DNA of 64,000 nucleotides from Armatimonadota bacterium (GTDB lineage Bacteria; Armatimonadota; SYMT01): NCBI GenBank assembly GCA_046292385.1, contig JBKBRF010000004.1, positions 192,001 to 256,000 of the forward strand, read 5' to 3'. Shown piece by piece: positions 57,297 to 64,000 of this stretch (position 1 is its first letter; each line of letters starts with the position of its first letter). The notes under the pieces were generated by a model. It saw only the letters and a program-made list of their open reading frames with translations, ran no database searches and was not told where the DNA came from. The position numbers and the translations under genes were made by a program.

Positions 57297-57725
57297 CTAC
57301 TCCGCGCCGGCCGTCACCGGCTCCGCGGAGGCGCCGCTCTGATCGCCCTGCTTGTTCTGCAGATCGTGGACCGCCGCCTTGATGGCATCTTCCGCCAGCA
57401 CGGAGCAGTGGATCTTCACCGGCGGCAGCGCAAGCTCCTGAACGATATCGGTGTTCTTGATGTCGAGCGCTTCCTGCAGGGTCTTGCCCTTCATCCACTC
57501 CGTCGCCAGGCTGGACGACGCGATCGCGCTGCCGCACCCGAAGGTCTTGAACTTGGCGTCCTCGATCACCTGGGTGTCCGGGTTCACCTTGATCTGCAGC
57601 TTCATGACGTCGCCGCACTCCGGCGCGCCGACGATCCCGGTGCCCACGTTCGGGTCGGCCTTGTCCAGGCTGCCCACGTTCCGCGGGTTCTCGTAATGCT
57701 CCAGAACCTTATCGCTATAAGGCAT
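57297..57725 (-). CDS. iscU: Fe-S scaffold IscU
   Basis: YSDKVLEHYENPRNVG, APECGDVM, FGCGSAIASSS, LPPVKIHCS. Confidence 0.96.
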   Translation of the reverse strand: MPYSDKVLEHYENPRNVGSLDKADPNVGTGIVGAPECGDVMKLQIKVNPDTQVIEDAKFKTFGCGSAIASSSLATEWMKGKTLQEALDIKNTDIVQELALPPVKIHCSVLAEDAIKAAVHDLQNKQGDQSGASAEPVTAGAE

Positions 57726-57925
57726 GTCCGTTCGCTCCTCGTCAGAAATCTACCCGGTGCCGACCGGGACAACTCTTGGGGGTCTAGGGCTTACGGGAGC
57801 GTAGGGCGCCATCCGAGAACGGCTGCTCCTATGCTGCGCCTCTCAAAGCCCAAATCACCGACCGGATTGGGTGAGCCCCATCGGCGGTTCACTACACCCT
57901 GACCCCTAAACCCTAAACCCTTCCC

Positions 57926-59146
57926 CTAATGCGCTTCCCACTGGACCGTCTTCAGGTCCACTCCTTCGCGAGCCAGCTCGTAAAGCGGGCTCATCTCCCG
58001 AAGGCGGGAGACCGTCTCGATCGTCGCCTGGATCGCGAACTCCACTTCCTCTTCCGTGTTGAAGCGGCCGAGGCCGTACCGGATGGAGGAGTGCGCGAGG
58101 TCGTCGCCTACGCCGAGTGCCTTGAGCACGTAGCTCGGCTCCAGGCTGGCGGAGGTGCAGGCGGAGCCGGAGCTGAGGGCAATGTCCTTCATGCCCATCA
58201 TCAGGCTCTCGCCTTCCACGTAGGCGAAGCTCAGGTTCAGGTTCCCGGGCAGCCGCTGCGTGGGATGGCCGTTGAGGTAGGTCTCCTCCAGCTTGCTGGT
58301 GATCGCCTCGCGCATCCGCTCCCGCAGGGCGGTCAGCCGCTTGCCTTCCTCGCCCATCTCCGCGCGCGCGATCTCGCACGCCTTGCCGAAGCCGACGATC
58401 CCCGGCACGTTCAGCGTGCCGCTGCGCATGCCGCGCTCGTGGCCGCCGCCGTCCATCTGCGCCGCCAGCCGGACCCGCGGGTTGCGGCGCCGCACGTAGA
58501 GCGCGCCGACGCCCTTCGGTCCATACAGCTTGTGCGAGGTGATGGAGGCGAGGTCGACGTTCATCGCCTGCACGTCGAACGGCACCTTCCCGAAGCCCTG
58601 CACCGCGTCCGAGTGGAACAGCACGCCGCGCTCCCGGCAGATCCGGCCGATCTCCGCCAGCGGGTTGATCGTGCCGATCTCGTTATTGGCGAACATGACG
58701 GAGCAGAGGATCGTCTTGTCGGTGATCGCCTCCGCCACCGACTCCGGCCGCACCATGCCGGTGTCGTCGACCGGCAGATAGGTGACGCGGAAGCCCCACT
58801 TCTCCAGCCGCTTGGCGGTGTCGAGTATCGCCTTGTGCTCCACGACCGAGGTGATGATGTGATCGCCCTTCTCGCGGTACATCTCCGCCACGCCCTTGAG
58901 CGCGAGGTTATCGCTCTCGGTGGCGCCGCTGGTGAAGATGATCTCCTTCGGGTCGGCGTTCATCACCCCCGCGATCTGCTCGCGAGCCCGGTCTACCGCT
59001 TCCTCCGCGGTCCAGCCGAAGGGATGACTCCGGCTCGCCGCGTTGCCAAAGGTCTCCCGGAAGTACGGGAGCATCGCGTCCAGCACGCGCGGGTCCACCG
59101 GGGTGGTCGCGTGGTTGTCCATGTAGATGGGCAACTGAACTGCCAT
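57926..59146 (-). CDS. iscS: Cysteine desulfurase IscS
   Basis: [35 protein letters not shown], IscS-type SPLYE...W C-terminus. Confidence 0.96.
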   Translation of the reverse strand: MAVQLPIYMDNHATTPVDPRVLDAMLPYFRETFGNAASRSHPFGWTAEEAVDRAREQIAGVMNADPKEIIFTSGATESDNLALKGVAEMYREKGDHIITSVVEHKAILDTAKRLEKWGFRVTYLPVDDTGMVRPESVAEAITDKTILCSVMFANNEIGTINPLAEIGRICRERGVLFHSDAVQGFGKVPFDVQAMNVDLASITSHKLYGPKGVGALYVRRRNPRVRLAAQMDGGGHERGMRSGTLNVPGIVGFGKACEIARAEMGEEGKRLTALRERMREAITSKLEETYLNGHPTQRLPGNLNLSFAYVEGESLMMGMKDIALSSGSACTSASLEPSYVLKALGVGDDLAHSSIRYGLGRFNTEEEVEFAIQATIETVSRLREMSPLYELAREGVDLKTVQWEAH

Positions 59147-59193
59147 CGAATCCTTGCCTCCCTCCAGCCGTCGGGCCGGAGTCGTTTCCAATC

Positions 59194-59787
59194 CTATCCG
59201 CAGCACTCTCCGTCCCGGCCGGTCGCCCCGGCCGCGGTGAGCGCGTCCTCTCGTATTAGCTGCGCCTCGGCGCACTCCGTCGGCAGCAGCGCCTGGCAGC
59301 TCACGCAGAGCGCCTGGAGCGCGCTGTGGTCCCGCAGGGCCGCCGTCACGAACGACTCGAGTCCCTGGATCAGCGCCTGGCGGTCCGCCGGGGACATCTG
59401 ATCCAGCACCTTCACCAGCCGCTGCGTCCGCTCCCGGCGCACCTGGTGCACCAGCTCCAATCCCGCCGGGGTCACGCGGATCTCGCTCTGGCGGTGGTCG
59501 GACGCTGCTACGCCCCGCGTCACCAGCTCCTTCCGCGCCAGCTTGTCGACCAGCTTCACCGCCGCGACGTGAGAGACCCCCAGCGCCTCGGCGATTGCTC
59601 CCACGCTCGTCTTCTTCCGCTCCGCCACGATGGTGAGCGCCTGGAGCTGCGAGAAGGTGATCTCCAGCTCGTCCAGCTCCCGGAGCAGGCGCACGGTCAT
59701 CGTCTCCGTGACGATGTCACTGAAGAGTCCCGTGAGCTTCTCCGCAAAGCTGTCGCACGTTTCGCGCGTAGGTAGGCTGGCCGACAT
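59194..59787 (-). CDS. MarR-family regulator with Cys-rich C-terminal extension
   Basis: ITFSQLQAL, w[16 protein letters not shown]; tail CVSC-X7-C...CC. Confidence 0.85.
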   Translation of the reverse strand: MSASLPTRETCDSFAEKLTGLFSDIVTETMTVRLLRELDELEITFSQLQALTIVAERKKTSVGAIAEALGVSHVAAVKLVDKLARKELVTRGVAASDHRQSEIRVTPAGLELVHQVRRERTQRLVKVLDQMSPADRQALIQGLESFVTAALRDHSALQALCVSCQALLPTECAEAQLIREDALTAAGATGRDGECCG

Positions 59788-59789
59788 CT

Positions 59790-59808
59790 TATGTAACCCG
59801 GTTACATA
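59790..59808. promoter_or_regulatory. Palindromic operator of the marR-isc operon
   Basis: Perfect TATGTAACC-C-GGTTACATA 2 nt from the ATG, adjacent to a GATAAT -10-like box on the minus strand. Confidence 0.8.
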
Positions 59809-59825
59809 TTATCACCGACACCGGG

Positions 59826-60130
59826 AAAGGCAAAAGGCTGAAGGCAAAAGGCCGAGAGTGAAGGCAAAAGGTTCACCCCCCGAACGGGGGGCAAAAGGCT
59901 GAAGGCTAAAGCCGAACCCTTCGAGCTCGGCTGCTCCTACTGCTGACAGGGATGTCAGCGCTTCGGGAAGCGTGCCGACCCGGCGGGGCGGAATTTGGAG
60001 TGCGGTAGCTTGCTACCGCTTTGAGGAGCGTGGCGCCCTGGCGCATTCCCGTGGGCGAACGGGAGCTCTCGTAGGGATGGCGGTGTGAAGGCGGGACAGG
60101 CTGGGCAGGCGGGACAGGCTGGGCAGGCGC
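59826..60130. repeat. Mosaic of intergenic repeats (AAAGGC heptamers, REP-like palindromes, 18-bp tandem repeat)
   Basis: AAAGGCAAAAGGCTG units; GCTGACAGGGATGTCAGC; GCGGTAGCTTGCTACCGC; GGCGGGACAGGCTGGGCA twice. Confidence 0.7.
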
Positions 60131-61413
60131 TACCGCCTGCGGGATGCGCCCGTTATATCCCCGTCTTCGGCCTGGCCGCGCAGCAGGGGGCGAGGGCTCC
60201 GTCCGCCGTCATCGTTGCCGTCGGGGCCACGGCTATAGACCTGCGCCTCGACTCCGTCGGGGTTGAAGACCAGAACGCCGCCGCCGAACGGATCTTCCGG
60301 AACGGCGGGGAGGTACCGGGGGACGAGAGCTTGGAGGGTGGTGGGCGGCTGTCCGCTGTCCAGCTCGTAGCACCGCAGGGCCAGACGCGCCAGCGCAACT
60401 CGATAATCGGCGTCGCGCTTTGCCCATTGCAGCGAGAGGTCGGAGAGCGAGGGGAGCAGCAGCCGGTTGAACGGGTCATCGGGGACCGGCGGAAGCGCCG
60501 CCCGCTCCGCGTACGGCTTGCGAGCCTCCGCGATGAGCGCGTCGTAGTAGGCTCGGTAATGGTAGAGGATCTGGCCCTTGGGCGTAAATCCGAAGCGCAG
60601 CTCTTCCCAGGCTCCGGGCGGCACGCGAAACGTGTTCGAGGGCGCCCCGGGGGCCCGGAGGCGCGCCTGTTCCCAGAACGCCCGGTGGCTCCCCCGTCGC
60701 GCCTCCAGCAGCTCGTAGGTTCCGGAGAGCTGGTAATCGCGATCGGAGGCGAGCACCTGGTGCAGGGCGGTGGAGCGCCGCTCCCGCTCCCGAAGCCGCA
60801 AGAGCGTGTCTCTCGCGGTGTTCGCATCCAGTCGGTCCGCCACCCGGTTGAGGGCGGCGAGCGCCTCCCGCTCGACGGCGATGCCGACCAGGCCATGGAT
60901 CTGGATGCCGCCGCGGGGAACGTCGCCGCCCAGCCGCAGGCAATCGAGGTAGCTCTGGGCGGCCGCGTTCCAACGTCCTCGACTCTCGCCGGCGCGCCCT
61001 TCGATCAGGAGCGCACGTTCCAACCGCCGGAACTCCATCAGCTCCGGTGTCTGGTGGGAAAAGGATCGCGCGGGCGGGTTCAGGTATTCGTGCCGGAAGC
61101 CGGCGCGGAGACGCCGGAGGGCCGGCTGAACGCGTTGCGACCAGCGTTGGAAGTCCCGCGCGGTGAGTGACGGGTCCGACGGGTTGACGGTCTGGAACCG
61201 GGGCGGAAGCAGCGCGGCGGCGGCGACGTAGTCGTCGTACGCATTGGGAGACGGCATCCGCACCGCGGGCGGCCGGTTTGCGGGAAGGCCCTGGCAGTAG
61301 GCCCAGTACCCGGCAACGCCGAGCACTGCCCCCAAGGCCACGGCCGCAAGACCTCCCCACACCCACCTTTGCGCCGCCCGCTTCCGATCGAAAGAAGAAG
61401 CTGTCGCTTCCAA
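60130..61413 (-). CDS. Membrane-anchored helical protein with GspG-like C-terminal motif
   Basis: N-terminal TM; PSPNAYDDY; LVPRYLPAVPEDPF...YSRGPDGNDDGG; tandem paralog. Confidence 0.75.
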   Translation of the reverse strand: MEATASSFDRKRAAQRWVWGGLAAVALGAVLGVAGYWAYCQGLPANRPPAVRMPSPNAYDDYVAAAALLPPRFQTVNPSDPSLTARDFQRWSQRVQPALRRLRAGFRHEYLNPPARSFSHQTPELMEFRRLERALLIEGRAGESRGRWNAAAQSYLDCLRLGGDVPRGGIQIHGLVGIAVEREALAALNRVADRLDANTARDTLLRLRERERRSTALHQVLASDRDYQLSGTYELLEARRGSHRAFWEQARLRAPGAPSNTFRVPPGAWEELRFGFTPKGQILYHYRAYYDALIAEARKPYAERAALPPVPDDPFNRLLLPSLSDLSLQWAKRDADYRVALARLALRCYELDSGQPPTTLQALVPRYLPAVPEDPFGGGVLVFNPDGVEAQVYSRGPDGNDDGGRSPRPLLRGQAEDGDITGASRRR

Positions 61414-61430
61414 GACGTGCTCCTCCGGAT

Positions 61431-62702
61431 CTACTTCCGCGGGCTCGCGGTGGTGATGTCGCCGTCACCGCCAATCGCGTACTGCCACCGCAGGAGCCGG
61501 CCGCCGTCGTCGTCGCCGTCGGGGCCGCGACTGTAGACCTGCGCCTCCAGTCCGCGGGGACTGTAGAGGAGGGCGCCGGTGCCGAACGGATCCCGCGGGA
61601 CCGAGGGCAGGTAACGCGGCACGAGCTGCTCCAGGCGGGTGGGGGAAACGCCCCGCTCCAGCCGGTAGGCGCGCAGCGCCAGCCGGGATTGAATCACCCG
61701 GCAGACCGCATCCCGTTCCTCGAAGCGGAGGTGCGCGCTGATGAAGGTTGGCGCCAGCGACCGGTTGAAGGCATCCTCCGGGATCGGTGGACTGGCCCGG
61801 GTTCCGTACGGCTTGCGCGCTTCCGCGATGAGCGCGTCGTAGTAGGCGCGGTAGTCGTGAAGGACCCGCGCCTTCGGCGTAAACGCAAACTGGACCTCCA
61901 TCCAACGCTCCGGGAGTGTCGGTGGAGTGGTCTGCCCGCTCAGCATCCGGAGGGAGGACCACCCCGGCACCGCCCCATGCTTTCCCTGGAGCAACTCGTA
62001 GGCACCGGCAATACCGGCATCTCGCTCCGCGGCGAGTGTCTGGTCGAACGGGATCGATTCTCGATCGACACGGGCCAGCTCCGCCGCCAGCCGTCGCGCG
62101 GTGCGAGCGTCCAGCCGGTCTGCCAGCGCTTCCAGCCGGGGGAGCGCCATCTGCTGGATTGAGACGCCGACGAGCCCGTGAATTAACGTGCCGCCCCGAG
62201 GGACATCCGCTCCCAGTCGGAGGCAGTCGACGTACGCGCGGGCGGCCTCGTCGGACCGGCCCGCCCGCTCCGCCGCCAACCCGGTAAGCACCAGTCCACG
62301 CCCGAGCACGCGGAACTGCGCCAGCTCCGGGAAAGGCTGGGTGAACGAGAGGACGGGCGGATTGCGGTACTCGTGAGGGAAGCCGTCCCGCAGCCGCTGT
62401 AGTGCCGGCTGAAGCTGCTGGGCCCACCTGCGGAGCTCCGCCTCCGGCAACTCGTCCCGCGATACGTCGACCTGCTCGAACCCGGCAGGGAGCAGGGCGA
62501 CCGCGGCGACGTAGTCGTCGTACGCGTTCGGCGACGGCATCCGCACGCGCGCCGGCGTGTAGGGCGGCAGGGCCTGGCAGTAAGCCCAATACCCCACCAC
62601 TCCCAGCGCGAGCACCGCCAGCAGCGTGGCAACACTCCCCGCCAGCCAGAGGCGGGCCGCCCGTTTTCGACGCGGAGAGGAGGCAGCAGCTTCCATATCC
62701 AT
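61431..62702 (-). CDS. Membrane-anchored helical protein with GspG-like C-terminal motif (tandem paralog)
   Basis: Colinear with 60130-61413 (identical YRAYYDALIAEARKPY). Confidence 0.75.
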   Translation of the reverse strand: MDMEAAASSPRRKRAARLWLAGSVATLLAVLALGVVGYWAYCQALPPYTPARVRMPSPNAYDDYVAAVALLPAGFEQVDVSRDELPEAELRRWAQQLQPALQRLRDGFPHEYRNPPVLSFTQPFPELAQFRVLGRGLVLTGLAAERAGRSDEAARAYVDCLRLGADVPRGGTLIHGLVGVSIQQMALPRLEALADRLDARTARRLAAELARVDRESIPFDQTLAAERDAGIAGAYELLQGKHGAVPGWSSLRMLSGQTTPPTLPERWMEVQFAFTPKARVLHDYRAYYDALIAEARKPYGTRASPPIPEDAFNRSLAPTFISAHLRFEERDAVCRVIQSRLALRAYRLERGVSPTRLEQLVPRYLPSVPRDPFGTGALLYSPRGLEAQVYSRGPDGDDDGGRLLRWQYAIGGDGDITTASPRK

Positions 62703-62741
62703 CCCATAACGGTGGGAGAGCGGGGTTGGATACGCATTTTC

Positions 62742-62886
62742 TAGGGTCTAGGGGATAGGGTCTAGGGGATAGGGTCTAGGGGATAGGATATGGCGGGCTT
62801 GTGCGTCACCAGGCCGTCATTGGGCAAACGGCTGCGCGCTAACGGAACGGATCGTTCCCACACCCTAAACCCTAGACCCGAAACCC
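62742..62886. repeat. (TAGGGTCTAGGGGA)3 array with inverted C-rich heptamer array
   Basis: Three 14-bp units at 62742-62783; CCCTAAACCCTAGACCCGAAACCC at 62863-62886. Confidence 0.8.
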
Positions 62887-62976
62887 GGGCTGCCCAGTGT
62901 AACCTTTTCCTCCCCGGCCGCATCGAACCGGTGTAAGGGCCCAAGAATAGAGGATGGATGCCATCACGAGGATTCC

Positions 62977-63606
62977 GTGAGTATGCCCCTCGGCCAGAGC
63001 ATGGAAGCGGCCGGCGCGTCCCGGGCGACTGCCGCCGGCGCTCCTGACTCCGACCTGAACCTGATCCGTCTTTTCCGCGCGGGCGACGAGGCGGCGTTCG
63101 ACCGGCTGTACGTCAAGCACCAGGAGTACGTCTACAACGTCTGCCTGGGGATCCTGGCGAATGCCGACGACGCGCGCGACTCGACGCAGGAGACGTTCCT
63201 CCGCGTCTACCGCAAGGTGGCGGAGTTCCGGGCAGAGGCGGCGTTCTCGACCTGGCTCTACCGGGTGGCGGTCAACGTGTGCGTGGGGCACCTGCGGAAG
63301 CGACCGCGCACCGCCACCGCTTCGCTGGAGGACGAAAACGTGCGCGAGATCGCCGACGACGCACCGGAGCTCGATTCCGGGCTCACGCGCGCCGTGGACG
63401 AGGCGCTGGTGCGCGAGTTGGTGGCGGAGCTGCCGGAAGACTACCGGGTGGTGCTGGTGCTCCGCTATTTCCAGAACCTCTCGTATGAGGAGATGATGGA
63501 AGTCCTGGGGTATACGCTGGGCCAGGTGAAGGTGAAGCTGCACCGCGCCCGCCGGGCCTTCGCGAAGCGGTGGGAAGCGCGCGGATTGGGAGCAGTCGGG
63601 CTGTGA
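62977..63606 (+). CDS. ECF sigma-70 factor
   Basis: GDEAAFDRL, DARDSTQETF, FSTWLYRVAVN, LSYEEM...VKVKLHRAR. Confidence 0.92.
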   Translation: MSMPLGQSMEAAGASRATAAGAPDSDLNLIRLFRAGDEAAFDRLYVKHQEYVYNVCLGILANADDARDSTQETFLRVYRKVAEFRAEAAFSTWLYRVAVNVCVGHLRKRPRTATASLEDENVREIADDAPELDSGLTRAVDEALVRELVAELPEDYRVVLVLRYFQNLSYEEMMEVLGYTLGQVKVKLHRARRAFAKRWEARGLGAVGL

Positions 63607-64000
63607 TGAAGTGTCGTCAGGCAGCAAACTGGATCGACGCGGCGCTGGACGGCGACGCGGGGCTTACCTCCACCCAGCGGGAGCAGCTGGAGGCGCACCT
63701 GGCCGGGTGTGCCGGCTGCCGCCGCCAGTGGGAAGCGCTGCGGACGGCGGAGGCGGTGCTGCGGGTGCCGCAGCCGGTCGCCGCGCCGGCCGGCATGCTG
63801 GACGAGTTCCGCCGCCGCCTGGAAGCGGAGCGCGCGGCTCCGGTGCTCCCGCCGTCTCGCCGCTGGAGCTGGAGCTGGCTCTGGCCGGTCGGCTCCCTCG
63901 CGGCGGCCGGCGCGGCGGCGGCGCTGGCGCTGCACTTCAGCACGCCGACCCTGCTCCTGCCGTCCACCCCGGACTCCGCGCCCGCTGCGGCAATCCCGGA
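63606..64000 (+). CDS. Zinc-finger (zf-HC2) anti-sigma factor, 3' truncated; absent from the ORF track
   Basis: ATG overlaps the sigma stop; MKCRQAANWIDAALDG...HLAGCAGC, then a TM segment. Confidence 0.88.
   Translation, partial: MKCRQAANWIDAALDGDAGLTSTQREQLEAHLAGCAGCRRQWEALRTAEAVLRVPQPVAAPAGMLDEFRRRLEAERAAPVLPPSRRWSWSWLWPVGSLAAAGAAAALALHFSTPTLLLPSTPDSAPAAAIP

Noticed and set aside
63617..63967. Minus-strand 116-aa ORF
   Set aside because: Antisense to the zf-HC2 anti-sigma gene that runs off the window
1..64000. tRNA, rRNA, riboswitch, prophage or IS transposase
   Set aside because: None recognisable by eye; a tRNAscan-SE or Infernal run is needed to exclude small RNAs

Overview
High-GC bacterial chromosomal window. 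An Armatimonadota-like origin is inferred, not proven, from an '[16 protein letters not shown]' DUF1559 prepilin-like protein, DUF1501 proteins, a SigH-like sigma factor and an outer-membrane beta-barrel. Housekeeping content: lepB, plsY fusion, xerD, tupABC, zwf, fabI, gatCAB and a near-complete ISC operon (iscS-iscU-iscA-hscB-hscA-fdx-iscX). No rRNA, tRNA, CRISPR array or transposase was recognised. Most notable observations: (1) a stand-alone, lower-GC, cytoplasmic 776-aa protein fusing a trypsin-like protease to an internal S1/P1-nuclease/Zn-PLC domain whose metal-binding Trp is buried mid-chain, a candidate self-cleaving defence or toxin system; (2) a B12/radical-SAM gene whose apparent TGA stop is very likely selenocysteine (WFC-U-AEP tail plus SECIS-like hairpin), clustered with DUF169, NfuA and ATP-grasp genes; (3) an ISC operon headed by a Cys-tailed MarR regulator instead of IscR, with a perfect palindromic operator, and carrying a flavin reductase, an EamA transporter and a deacetylase; (4) PlsY fused to an acyl-ACP-reductase-like domain; (5) several interleaved families of short intergenic repeats. 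All calls come from reading motifs by eye; no database search was run and GC statements are visual estimates.
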